The notes under the pieces are model-generated. The model saw only the letters and a list, made by a program, of their open reading frames with translations, did no database searches and was not told the DNA's origin. 64,000 nucleotides of DNA from Myxococcota bacterium (lineage in GTDB: Bacteria; Myxococcota_A; SURF-8): positions 1,056,001-1,120,000 of the forward strand of contig CAXXQS010000002.1 of NCBI GenBank assembly GCA_963674735.2, given 5' to 3'. The position numbers were made by a program, and so were the translations under genes. This document shows positions 50,502-59,430 of this stretch, one piece after another (positions within the stretch are counted from its first letter, which is position 1; every line of letters begins with the position of its first letter).

Positions 50502-51413
50502 CTAGCTTTCGGATTTGGTCACGCCCATCAGACGGGCGGCCGATTTGGGATGCAGGATGACGAACGACGCCAGCCATTCGATGACGGTGAGATACTTCAG
50601 GTCGCTCTGCAACCCCATGTCGAGCACGTCCATCGGCTGGTTCTGGACGCCGCTGAGGTATTCATCCGCACCGAAGCGCAGGGCGTAGATCGATCCGGAC
50701 ACATCGCTTTCACCCATGTCTTCGTCGAAGCCCAGAATCGCGCCGCCCTGGTGGTCTTCTTCGATGATGCGGATCGGAACCCCGCCGTACGTGGCGATCT
50801 GGCGACCGAAGGCGTCTTGCCCGTAGGACACGCGCGCGTCGTCACGCAACAGCTTAGTGACTTCGCGGCGCATGGATTTGGACATCAGCAACATATCGGG
50901 CGCACCCGCCACCGCGTCGATCAGGTCGTCGAGCATGTCGGCGGTCAACGGCGCACCGTCGTCTCCGGCGCTCAACACCTGCGAGCCGGTCAGACGCGCG
51001 TTCAGGCCGTCGAACTGGCGCGGGTCGTCCCCCGAATCGCCGTCGAAAAACATCTTGGTGAAAAACAACGCCGCCGCTTTGGCTTTCAAGCGGTCGTGGA
51101 CGGCGCGAATTTCGCCCACCCCCTCGCCGCGTTCGCTCACCAGGGCGCGATCGACCTGGGATTTTCCGCCGAAGATTTTGGTGGTTTCCACGTTTTGCTG
51201 CAGAACGCCGGTCGACTCGGCGTAGTCCTCGTTGATGCCACGAAAGGCGATGCCGGGCAGGATTTCCTCCCGGTTGTACTTGAACACGCCGCCCGGGACA
51301 TTGATAAACGGCATGCTTTCGAGAATCGGCGACACCAGCGGAAACACCTCGATCACGTTTTTCTTGATCACATCGGTTTCCAGCTTGGCCGCTTCGAGCA
51401 GGGTCAGAGCCAT
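50502..51413 (-). CDS. Major capsid protein
   Basis: MALTLLEAAKL..SPILESMPF..FRGINE..FFDGD..FDGL..YGGVPI..SIYALRFG..AARLMGV; AAGGAGG RBS. Confidence 0.85.
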   Translation of the reverse strand: MALTLLEAAKLETDVIKKNVIEVFPLVSPILESMPFINVPGGVFKYNREEILPGIAFRGINEDYAESTGVLQQNVETTKIFGGKSQVDRALVSERGEGVGEIRAVHDRLKAKAAALFFTKMFFDGDSGDDPRQFDGLNARLTGSQVLSAGDDGAPLTADMLDDLIDAVAGAPDMLLMSKSMRREVTKLLRDDARVSYGQDAFGRQIATYGGVPIRIIEEDHQGGAILGFDEDMGESDVSGSIYALRFGADEYLSGVQNQPMDVLDMGLQSDLKYLTVIEWLASFVILHPKSAARLMGVTKSES

Positions 51414-51440
51414 GTTCGGTCCTCCTTGATTGCGGCGGCC

Positions 51441-51917
51441 TCAGCGGGCGCGATAGGCCCCGGCCGCCTGTTGTAAAGTCGTTTGCGGGTGGGTTCGACG
51501 ACCGGCCGCCACAAGCGGCGCAGTCGGTTTCGTTGCGACCTCGCCCTCCGGCAAGGCATTCGCAAACAGGTAGGCCCAGCGCGTCCGGGCGGTATCGATA
51601 AAGGTATCCAACACCGCGTCGTCCGTATCGGTTTCGGCCAATACGTCGCCGGATAGCGTGAGCAACGCATCGATGTCCACACAACCGGCATCACGCGCGG
51701 CCTCGGCCATTTTTTGACGAGCCTTCGTTTGGGCAAGGTCGCGCGTCAAACGGTCGGCGCGCGCCTCGCTGGCCTCGCGGGCGGCGGCGGCTCGGCGCAT
51801 ATCGGCTTTGAGGCGCTCCACGTACTGACGATCGTCCTCGGGCAGGCGGTTTTCCTCCATCATCGCAAGCCGGTCTTCCAGTTCCTGAATGTGCGCAAGG
51901 GCCTGATTCGGGTCCAT
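51441..51917 (-). CDS. Capsid scaffolding protein
   Basis: GGAGGAG RBS before ATG 51917; coiled coil; YLF motif; directly upstream of the capsid gene. Confidence 0.65.
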   Translation of the reverse strand: MDPNQALAHIQELEDRLAMMEENRLPEDDRQYVERLKADMRRAAAAREASEARADRLTRDLAQTKARQKMAEAARDAGCVDIDALLTLSGDVLAETDTDDAVLDTFIDTARTRWAYLFANALPEGEVATKPTAPLVAAGRRTHPQTTLQQAAGAYRAR

Positions 51918-51975
51918 GTTCTCCTCCAAGACGCATGGGATTGACCGCGCGGCCTCCGCCGACGCGGTATCTGCA

Positions 51976-52006
51976 TAAAGAAAAGGGGCGTCGCATCGGA
52001 CGCCCC
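51976..52006 (-). terminator. Intrinsic terminator between portal and scaffold genes
   Basis: Minus strand GGGGCGTC-CGATGC-GACGCCCC-TTTTCTTT. Confidence 0.65.
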
Positions 52007-52030
52007 AAGGGGTTCGAAAGCGGGTGACGT

Positions 52031-53482
52031 TTAACTTCCGCCGGTCGTTTCGGCACTCGTGCTCAAACGCAGGTTTTCGGTAACCCGGCGGCGGGCCTCC
52101 TCCGGCTCGATGCCGTAGCGGTCGACCAATTCGTCGGCGGCGGAGCGCAGCCCCAAGCCGATTTCGCGGGCGAGGTTTTTCAGTTCCTCCTCGCGTGAAA
52201 GCGGAATTACCTGCTGCGGAAAATCGACGCTTAGGCGACACGACTCCAACAGATCCGCGCCGGGGAATCCGGCCAGGCGCGCCAGCTGCCGCATCATGGG
52301 CCAGACGGCATCCTCTTCTACCGGGGTCAATTGGTCGATGAGGTCTTCGCGATACTCGATTTCCGGTTGCTTGTCGTGGAACTTGGCCGTGCCGGAAAGA
52401 AGCTCCACATCGAAGGTGAACGCCGATGGGGACAGATCGTTCATCTGGGCGAACAGCTTGAGCATGAACAGCAGGTTCTGGTTGCGCTCTTTTTCGCGCG
52501 GGTCCACCGCCAGGCTTTCCAGATGTTTCTCTTCGTCGTTCAAACAGATCACCGCCCCCGCTCCGGTCGCCGGATTGGCGGCGCCCAATTCCTCGGCACT
52601 GCCGTTGAAAACGTAGGCCGGGAAATCGGTCTGGCGCGAGTTGAGCGCCCCGCGCGTCAATTCGTGGTCGAGCCACTGAGCCATAAGTAGCAGCGATCGC
52701 GGGACATCCGGAAACAGTTCCGAGCCGAAGGTTTCGCCTTTGCGGAACAACACGAACGGATACTCGGGCAGTCCGGCATAGACGCCCAGTTCCGGCGGTT
52801 GTTCCGGCCAGGGGACGAAATCGGCGTCGAGCCGTTCGACCACCAGGCGTCTCGGTCCTTGAGCATCGGAGGTGAAACGATAGCGCACATAGCCGACCGC
52901 CTCGGCGGCGGACAACGGCGAATCGGCCGCCCCTCCTACCGGCACGGCGATGCTCACGGCATCGGCCAGCGAACCGGGATAATCGGGGTGCTGTTCCACC
53001 ACCAGTTGATGCGGCGGCAGCACGGTCAAGACGGGGACTCGGCGGCGGCCGTCGATTTGCCCCCACAGGACAGCCGCCCCCAGCAGTTCACGCGTGCGCA
53101 ACAGCCATTTCATGCGTGTATTGAGGCGCGTGGCGCGTACCAGATCGGCGAAGATGCGGTGCCCGCCGTGGTCGGGAGGTAAAGCGGCGGCCTCGGCGTC
53201 GAGCAACCAGCGGCGCGGGGGCCGCCGATAAAGCTTGGCCTTGGTGTCGACCACTTTGCGCACCACGTTGAGCGTCAACAGATTTTCGACCATCTGGTCG
53301 GCGTTGTTGGGATACAGCCGTCGCAAACGCTCCTTCAGCGTTTGTTCATACTCCCCGTTGTCGAAGTAGCGGTCCAACAGCGCTTCGCAACGCCCGGCCC
53401 AGGCCGTGTGAACGGCGCGGCGCGCGCGACGCTGCCCTTCCGCCCAAGCGGCGGCGCTTTGACCGATGAAAATGGGGTCCAT
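52031..53482 (-). CDS. Portal protein (SPP1 gp6-like)
   Basis: LNVVRKVVDTKAKLY..PPRR, PFVLF, SGTA; 483 aa directly after the terminase. Confidence 0.75.
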   Translation of the reverse strand: MDPIFIGQSAAAWAEGQRRARRAVHTAWAGRCEALLDRYFDNGEYEQTLKERLRRLYPNNADQMVENLLTLNVVRKVVDTKAKLYRRPPRRWLLDAEAAALPPDHGGHRIFADLVRATRLNTRMKWLLRTRELLGAAVLWGQIDGRRRVPVLTVLPPHQLVVEQHPDYPGSLADAVSIAVPVGGAADSPLSAAEAVGYVRYRFTSDAQGPRRLVVERLDADFVPWPEQPPELGVYAGLPEYPFVLFRKGETFGSELFPDVPRSLLLMAQWLDHELTRGALNSRQTDFPAYVFNGSAEELGAANPATGAGAVICLNDEEKHLESLAVDPREKERNQNLLFMLKLFAQMNDLSPSAFTFDVELLSGTAKFHDKQPEIEYREDLIDQLTPVEEDAVWPMMRQLARLAGFPGADLLESCRLSVDFPQQVIPLSREEELKNLAREIGLGLRSAADELVDRYGIEPEEARRRVTENLRLSTSAETTGGS

Positions 53483-53491
53483 GGAACCTCC

Positions 53492-54817
53492 TTAGCGATA
53501 GGACACGACGCCGAGTTTTTCCCGCTTGAAGGGGTATTCGTCGCCGATGAAATAATCGAGCGCGTCGCCGGGATGGTCGATGACGAAACGCGGGTCTTTG
53601 GGATCGCGCACCTTTTCTTTCTCGAAGCGGCCGGGCACGAACTTGGTGTGCTCCAGACTGCGAATCAGGTAACGACAGTGGGGCGCGACGAACAGCCGTT
53701 TCTTTCCCGCACTGTTTTGCAGGCGAAAATTGACGGCATTGGTGCGTTCGCGCACCAGCGGATTGGAGCGACGCCGTTTGATGGACAGCTTCACCCCCGG
53801 CAGCGTTTTCAGCCGCTCGCGGATGATGGCGTAGTCGCTGCGTCCGCCGCGATGGTCGCGCGCGTGGCCCGAGGCGTCGCCGTGCACCACAATGCTGGCG
53901 CGTTGCCCGGCGAAACGTTCGAGAATCGCCACACACAGGGCATCGGTGTCGCTGCCGTGACGGATGACCACTTCATCCACGACCCAGGTCACATCGTCGG
54001 GTCGTTTTTGAATGGCCAGCGCCACCATGAAATCCACATTGAAATCGAAGCTCAAATGCAAGCTGCGATCGGGATCGTACTGCACCTGCTTGTCCACATG
54101 CTGGGCGCGGTCGAAATTGCGATACACCCGGCCCTCGGCCCCGCCGCCGGTTTCGCCCTCGACGAAAATCCGGTAGTACTCATCGTCCACCGTCTGGCGA
54201 ATCAAGTCCACGTAGTCGGGCTTGTGCGCCATCAGAAACCGATTTTCGGTGGTCGGGGCGCGAATGTAGCGCCAATTGGCACGCGCAGTCTCGGGCGCAA
54301 TGAAGGCCTTGTGCAGGTAACCGTAACTTTCCTCCGGGTTCGACGTGATGAACAGCCGATAGCGGCGCGCCAGACCGGGAGGCGATTGGAAACGGTTGTA
54401 GCGCAAACGCGCCAAAAGCGCCCGGAATACGCGTTCCGACACCTGCGAGCCTTCCTCCACGTGAATCCAGCTGAACTCCATCGAGGCCAGCCGTTCGGGA
54501 CTCGACAGGTGGCGAAACCATACCTGCGAACCGTTGCGCAAAACCAGGTTGTCGGGATCGGCGGTCCAACGCGCGATATCGCGACGTGGAACGATTTCGG
54601 CCCAGCGAGCACGGGTCGTATCGCGCAACAGGGTATGCGTGGCCGCTCCCACCAACCCACGACTGCCGGGATAAAGCGTCGCAAGCGTATACCCCAAGAG
54701 CACCCCGGCAGTGGTTTTTCCCGAGCCGACGCCGCCCTGGTACAAAGCCAGGTCGGTAGGCTCGTCGTGCGGGACTTCGAACAGCTCACGTTGCGTGGGC
54801 AGCAGTTCAAAACGCAT
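53492..54817 (-). CDS. Terminase large subunit
   Basis: Q motif, Walker A GGVGSGKT, Walker B WIHVEE, TSNP, nuclease DFN..DE..GDASG..HPGDALDY. Confidence 0.92.
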   Translation of the reverse strand: MRFELLPTQRELFEVPHDEPTDLALYQGGVGSGKTTAGVLLGYTLATLYPGSRGLVGAATHTLLRDTTRARWAEIVPRRDIARWTADPDNLVLRNGSQVWFRHLSSPERLASMEFSWIHVEEGSQVSERVFRALLARLRYNRFQSPPGLARRYRLFITSNPEESYGYLHKAFIAPETARANWRYIRAPTTENRFLMAHKPDYVDLIRQTVDDEYYRIFVEGETGGGAEGRVYRNFDRAQHVDKQVQYDPDRSLHLSFDFNVDFMVALAIQKRPDDVTWVVDEVVIRHGSDTDALCVAILERFAGQRASIVVHGDASGHARDHRGGRSDYAIIRERLKTLPGVKLSIKRRRSNPLVRERTNAVNFRLQNSAGKKRLFVAPHCRYLIRSLEHTKFVPGRFEKEKVRDPKDPRFVIDHPGDALDYFIGDEYPFKREKLGVVSYR

Positions 54818-55256
54818 CGGCGTTTACCCCCTCGATACTCAGCGACAGCGGCGCGTCGGTTTCGTCGAGCGGCAACAGCCCCGCGAGTCCGGCATGGGCG
54901 GTTTTAAGTACCCCGGCGGCGGCGGCCAGATTTTTCAGGTCATCCTGCGCTTCCAGTCCGCCGCTCACGCATTCGCCCAGTCGCAAGGACAATTCCCACC
55001 ACATCGACAACAGCGCGGTGCGGGCCACCGGCGCGTCCGGCAGCGAGCGGTGTCCGAGACGCAACCGGCGTCGGCGCATCTCCCAGCCTTGCGCCACACG
55101 GCGCAACGCGACCGGGTTCATTCCGTGGCGTTTGGCGAAGGTCGCCAGCGAGGGACAGCTCGAACGCATGAAGCGCAATTCCAGTTTATCGCGTTCGGCC
55201 TGGGTGGTCGGCAAAGCGAAACGCGTCCTCGACGATCGATCGGATGAATTCGACAT
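54807..55256 (-). CDS. Terminase small subunit candidate
   Basis: Overlaps terL start; HTH-like SLATFAKRHGMNPVALRRVAQGW; AGGAG RBS before ATG 55256. Confidence 0.6.
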   Translation of the reverse strand: MSNSSDRSSRTRFALPTTQAERDKLELRFMRSSCPSLATFAKRHGMNPVALRRVAQGWEMRRRRLRLGHRSLPDAPVARTALLSMWWELSLRLGECVSGGLEAQDDLKNLAAAAGVLKTAHAGLAGLLPLDETDAPLSLSIEGVNADAF

Positions 55257-55271
55257 GGGGTCTCCTGCATG

Positions 55272-55300
55272 AAAAAACCCGGCCGAATCGGTCGGCCGGG
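55272..55300 (-). terminator. Intrinsic terminator 15 nt upstream of the first cluster gene
   Basis: Minus strand CCCGGCCGA-CCGAT-TCGGCCGGG-TTTTTT. Confidence 0.75.
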
Positions 55301-55356
55301 CTTTAAGCGCACGTGGGCTTGACTCGAATTCAAACACAATCTTCCCCCCTTTTCAA

Positions 55357-55432
55357 GGAGCGTTTCGGAGCATCGTAGAGCTTGCGGGAACCCGCAGGAG
55401 CGTGGGGGAGCGCCAAGGAGCGCAACGGAGCG
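55357..55432. repeat. Eight 10-bp-phased GGAGC motifs
   Basis: GGAGC at 55357, 55367, 55397, 55407, 55417, 55427; variants AGAGC at 55377 and GGAAC at 55387. Confidence 0.85.
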
Positions 55433-55475
55433 GAGAGGCTTGATATAAGGGAAAGGAACGGCGGAAGGAGGTGGC

Positions 55476-56177
55476 CTAGCGCTCGCCGATCAGCGCATGC
55501 ATGGCGTCGCCGACGCGGCTCATCAGCTCGTCGATCGTCGTATCGGGATCGATGGGAATGGGGCGACCGAAACGCACCGTGACCGCCTTGGGCTTGATGT
55601 GCTTCGAATGCTTGGGTAAAACGCGTTCCGTACCGAGCAGCACCACCGGCTGGATCGGCACCCCCGCCGCCAGCGCCAGATGGAAACCGCCCTTTTTCAG
55701 CGGCCCCAGCTGGCCACGCTTCGAACTGCGCGTTCCTTCGGGAAACATCACCACGTGGCGGCCCTCGCGAATCAGACGACCCGCCTCTTTCAGCGACGCT
55801 CGGGCGGCGCTGCGATTTTTGCGGTTGAGAAAAATCATCCCCACCGCCGCCATCGACCAACCCAGAAAGGGAATCGCGCGCAGTTCCTGCTTGGCCACGA
55901 AATACGGCCGCGTCGGCATCGCGGCAATCAAAACGGGGGTATCGAAATGCGAGCGATGGTTGGTCATGACCAGACACGGTCCGGCAAACGCGGCCTGCTC
56001 CAGGCCTTCAATCGTCAGCCGAACTCCGCAGACACGCACCAAAAGGCGGCCCCAGGTTCGAATGCACCAAGTGGGAATCGGTCCGCTGGGATCGATCAGG
56101 CTTCCCGCCATCGCCACCACGGAGAAAAAGAAGGTCAGCACTCCGACTTTGGCCAGATTGATCGCCGCCAATATCAT
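55476..56177 (-). CDS. plsC: 1-acyl-sn-glycerol-3-phosphate acyltransferase
   Basis: NHRSHFD (HX4D), FVAKQEL, FPEGTRS, KKGGF. Confidence 0.9.
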   Translation of the reverse strand: MILAAINLAKVGVLTFFFSVVAMAGSLIDPSGPIPTWCIRTWGRLLVRVCGVRLTIEGLEQAAFAGPCLVMTNHRSHFDTPVLIAAMPTRPYFVAKQELRAIPFLGWSMAAVGMIFLNRKNRSAARASLKEAGRLIREGRHVVMFPEGTRSSKRGQLGPLKKGGFHLALAAGVPIQPVVLLGTERVLPKHSKHIKPKAVTVRFGRPIPIDPDTTIDELMSRVGDAMHALIGER

Positions 56178-56929
56178 TCAAGAACCTCCGCCGCCAGTTG
56201 CGCCTGCAACCACAACATGCCCGAAAAACGCAAGCCGACGGTCACGGGTCGAGTTAGAAGCGATGCCGGAACGATCACGGGCAATTCGAGTTCCGAGGTT
56301 TCCACTCCCAAAGCCAGCAATTTCGCACCGGTGTGAAAGTTCACCACGTCGCGTACCTGCACAACGCGTCCCATCACGGTGTAGTGGTGATCGCGGTCCA
56401 CCGGCATCAGGTAGCTGTCCAACTGCCGCAGATGGCCGTCTTCGTCTTCCACCTGTGTAACCGCCGCATCCGCCGCTGCGGGATCTTCGAGCCGCGCCTC
56501 CAGCGCCAGACCCGCCACATGCACCGGCAGATCGGCCCCGGAAGCGGGCAGACGATCCGCCTGGGCCAGGTTCAATAAGGCCAGTTCCAATTCCGCTCCC
56601 GACGCCAGCCGTCCGCGCAGACGGATTTCGCCTTCGCTTTGAGCGTTGCGCGCCATTCGGTAAGCCCGAAAGCGCAGGCAATCCTCGGTTTTGAATCCGG
56701 GCCAGCACGCCACGATTTCAGCCTCATCGAGATCCGCCTCGTCTTTGGGAATCCGCGCCGCCACCCAGACTTGCAAACCGCGCCCCAGATCCCACAGGAA
56801 CAAACCTTCGGGCAGTCCTTGGCGCTGCGCGTGAAACGCCTCTCCCTGACTGACCGCCTGGTGGGCCAGACACTTCAACGCCTCCGCATCGTCGAGCGTA
56901 AACCCGATCGCGGAAAAATGTTTCGGCAT
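56174..56929 (-). CDS. Hypothetical protein, DUF3881-like
   Basis: N-terminal HFSAIGF; C-terminal YTVMGRV..NFHTG..VGLRFSGMLWLQ; recognised from memory, not searched. Confidence 0.55.
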   Translation of the reverse strand: MPKHFSAIGFTLDDAEALKCLAHQAVSQGEAFHAQRQGLPEGLFLWDLGRGLQVWVAARIPKDEADLDEAEIVACWPGFKTEDCLRFRAYRMARNAQSEGEIRLRGRLASGAELELALLNLAQADRLPASGADLPVHVAGLALEARLEDPAAADAAVTQVEDEDGHLRQLDSYLMPVDRDHHYTVMGRVVQVRDVVNFHTGAKLLALGVETSELELPVIVPASLLTRPVTVGLRFSGMLWLQAQLAAEVLE

Positions 56930-57086
56930 GTTCTCTCCTCGGTTAAAGCTCCACCGAAGGCGTTCATTATACGCAGGATAGACCGTTTCGCCAAGCCCAC
57001 CCCGCATTTTCGTTCCTGATTCCCACATTGCGCCGCCGCTTTGGATGTGGTACAAACGCGGCGAACCTCGCAAAAGGGAGACTGCC

Positions 57087-57746
57087 ATGCCCGAATACCT
57101 GATTGCGCCGTCGATTCTCTCGGCCGACTTTGCCGAGCTGGGCGCGGATGTCCGCGCGGTGGACGCCGCCGGAGCCGACTGGATTCATGTGGACGTAATG
57201 GACGGTCATTTCGTGCCCAATATCACCATCGGTCCGCCGGTGGTCAAGGCCCTGCGGCCGCACAGCGAAAAGCCCTTCGACGTGCATCTGATGATCGAAA
57301 ATCCCGACCGCTACGTGCCCGAGTTCGCCGCCGCCGGGGCCGATATCATTGCCGTGCACGCCGAAGCCTGCCCGCATCTGCATCGCAGTCTGCAGGTCAT
57401 TCGTGCCGCCGGGGCGTGCCCGGCCGTGGCGCTCAACCCGCACACGCCGCTCGACGTGCTCGACGTCGTTTTACCGGATTGCGCCATGGTGCTGCTGATG
57501 ACGGTCAACCCGGGCTTCGGCGGGCAATCGTTCATTCCGGGTGTGCTCGACAAAATCCGCCGTCTGCGCCGTCGCATCGATGAGCGCGGCTTGGAGTGCC
57601 ACATCCAGGTGGACGGCGGAATCGCCCCCGACACCATCGGCGAAGCCGCACGCGCCGGAGCCGATGTCTTCGTTGCGGGTTCGGCCATCTTCGGCCGCGG
57701 CGACCTCCGAAAAGCCATCGGCGATCTACGCGCCAACTTGCCCTGA
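57087..57746 (+). CDS. rpe: Ribulose-phosphate 3-epimerase
   Basis: [46 protein letters not shown]. Confidence 0.97.
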   Translation: MPEYLIAPSILSADFAELGADVRAVDAAGADWIHVDVMDGHFVPNITIGPPVVKALRPHSEKPFDVHLMIENPDRYVPEFAAAGADIIAVHAEACPHLHRSLQVIRAAGACPAVALNPHTPLDVLDVVLPDCAMVLLMTVNPGFGGQSFIPGVLDKIRRLRRRIDERGLECHIQVDGGIAPDTIGEAARAGADVFVAGSAIFGRGDLRKAIGDLRANLP

Positions 57747-57941
57747 AATGACTGGAGAAACCAATTTATTCAGCGAATCGACCATCTTAACGCGGTTCGA
57801 TGAGTTGATTTATCTGTGTAATCATGCTATACAGGCGCGACATTTTTGTGAGATGCGTCGAAGTCGGCTCTCGCGAAAGATGCGGAAGCACGTTTTCTGT
57901 CGGCCGCCTGTCATGCGGCGTCCCCAAAAAGGAGATACATC

Positions 57942-59261
57942 ATGACTTTTTCCCCGTTCCGTTTGTTGTCGCTGCTCTTGACCTTGTGTCTCGTTTTGCT
58001 GCTTGGCACGGCTTGCCTCGATGAAGAAGCAAGTTCGAACGACGACGATGACGAAGACAAATATACCGCCAAGATCGCCTGTAAAAACATCCGCGATCTG
58101 TGCACCGAAGCCGATGGCTGGTATACCGACGCCACCTACGACCAATGCAAAGACGACCTGGACAACGACGAGCGCTGCCAGTTCAAATGCGCGGTAAAGG
58201 CCGACGATTGCGCCACCGCTTACAACTGCATCGAAAACACGACCTCGGCCGATTATCTCGAATACTGCGGCGATGATCCGGCCGATGGCGATGCGCCAGA
58301 CGGCGACCAGCCGGATGGCGATACGCCCCAGTGCAGCGGTGCGTGCAATGCCGCAACCGACGTGTCTTATTGCATTGCGGCGAATGTGTGTATCTGCGAA
58401 GGCGGACAATGGAAGCCTTACTCCTGCTCGGAAATCTGCTCCATGACCGGCACCTATTCCGCCGGTTGCGGCATGCAGGATCAGGGCTACAACTACTGCT
58501 TCTGCCAGGATGAACCGGTTGACGGCGACGTTCCCGACGGCGACGTTCCCGACGGCGACGTTCCCGATGGTGACGTTCCCGATGGTGACGACCCCGACGG
58601 TGACGACCCCGATGGCGACGATCCCGATGGCGACGATCCCGACGGCGACGATCCTTTGTCTTGCGAAGGTGCCTGCACTAACGGCGTAGATATGCCGTTC
58701 TGCTCCGACGACACCAACCTGTGCTGGTGCGACGAGACCAGCAACACCTACGGCATCGTCGACTGCAACCAGATCTGCCAGTCCGAATACGGCGAAGACG
58801 GCGTCTGCGATTATGACAGCAGCGTCCAATACGAACGTTGCCTCTGCGGTGGCGGCTCCACGGAGGTAGAATGCCAAAGCGATGCCGATTGCGAAGCCTT
58901 GGGCAGCGATTACTGCATAGGCGATTACGACGATCAGGGCAACCAGATCACGATCTGCATGGACGCCTGCGACATCGTTTCCTGCGATCCCGGCACCGAC
59001 GCGATCCCCTGCATCGATTACGGCGAGTCGGGCAACCCCTTCGGTATCTGCTTCGACGAAGAAGGCCCCGATTGCCCCACCCCGAACGACTTCTGCGGCG
59101 GCGATGAAAACCACATCTGCATGGCCTTCCAGAGCGGCGACCAGATCTGCATGGAACTGTGCAATCCGGCTCCGAACGCCTGCGGCGCTAATGCCCTGTG
59201 CATCCCGCTGACCGACAGCTCCACCGGCGAACTGGTCGGCGGCGGCTGCCTCGAACTGTAA
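57942..59261 (+). CDS. Cys-rich, Asp-rich lipoprotein with DGD(V/D)P repeats
   Basis: GTAC lipobox; many Cys modules; acidic linkers. Confidence 0.85.
   Translation: MTFSPFRLLSLLLTLCLVLLLGTACLDEEASSNDDDDEDKYTAKIACKNIRDLCTEADGWYTDATYDQCKDDLDNDERCQFKCAVKADDCATAYNCIENTTSADYLEYCGDDPADGDAPDGDQPDGDTPQCSGACNAATDVSYCIAANVCICEGGQWKPYSCSEICSMTGTYSAGCGMQDQGYNYCFCQDEPVDGDVPDGDVPDGDVPDGDVPDGDDPDGDDPDGDDPDGDDPDGDDPLSCEGACTNGVDMPFCSDDTNLCWCDETSNTYGIVDCNQICQSEYGEDGVCDYDSSVQYERCLCGGGSTEVECQSDADCEALGSDYCIGDYDDQGNQITICMDACDIVSCDPGTDAIPCIDYGESGNPFGICFDEEGPDCPTPNDFCGGDENHICMAFQSGDQICMELCNPAPNACGANALCIPLTDSSTGELVGGGCLEL
58521..58655 (+). repeat. Coding 15-bp tandem repeat x9 (DGDVP x4, DGDDP x5)
   Basis: GAYGGYGACGWYCCY units. 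Confidence 0.92.
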
Positions 59262-59277
59262 TCGCAACTCGACTGAT

Positions 59278-59305
59278 AAAAGGGAGGCCTCGGCCTCCCT
59301 TTTTT
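59278..59305 (+). terminator. Intrinsic terminator (possibly bidirectional)
   Basis: AAAAGGGAGGCC-TC-GGCCTCCCTTTTTT. Confidence 0.8.
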
Positions 59306-59430
59306 GCGTTTATACTACTCGCGCCGTCTCGCCTTTCTTCCTTCAACGTTCGCCTCGCTTCGGGAATTTCTTTACCTGACCCGTCAATCTTGTTATTCTT
59401 GCGCTCCCTGAAACCGTCAATGGACCGATC

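Larger units (their letters stand above)
38003..55256 (-). mobile_element. Phage head-tail structural cluster without integration/replication module (GTA-like or domesticated prophage)
   Basis: About 21 co-oriented, mostly tightly packed ORFs in canonical virion order from terminase to tail tip. Confidence 0.85.

Noticed and set aside
51441-53066. 541-aa ORF overlapping the portal gene
   Set aside because: Only the last 158 codons from ATG 51917 have an RBS and protein-like composition; the rest is an alternative frame of the portal.
38003-55256. Complete autonomous prophage, contractile injection system or tailocin
   Set aside because: No integrase, replication, repressor or endolysin genes for a full prophage; no sheath or wedge genes; head and packaging genes are present, unlike tailocins. 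A decayed prophage remnant cannot be fully excluded.
55351-55432. Mini-CRISPR or microsatellite reading of the GGAGC array
   Set aside because: The 5-bp motif with 5-bp variable spacers is far too short for CRISPR and too divergent for slippage repeats; kept as a phased binding-site candidate.
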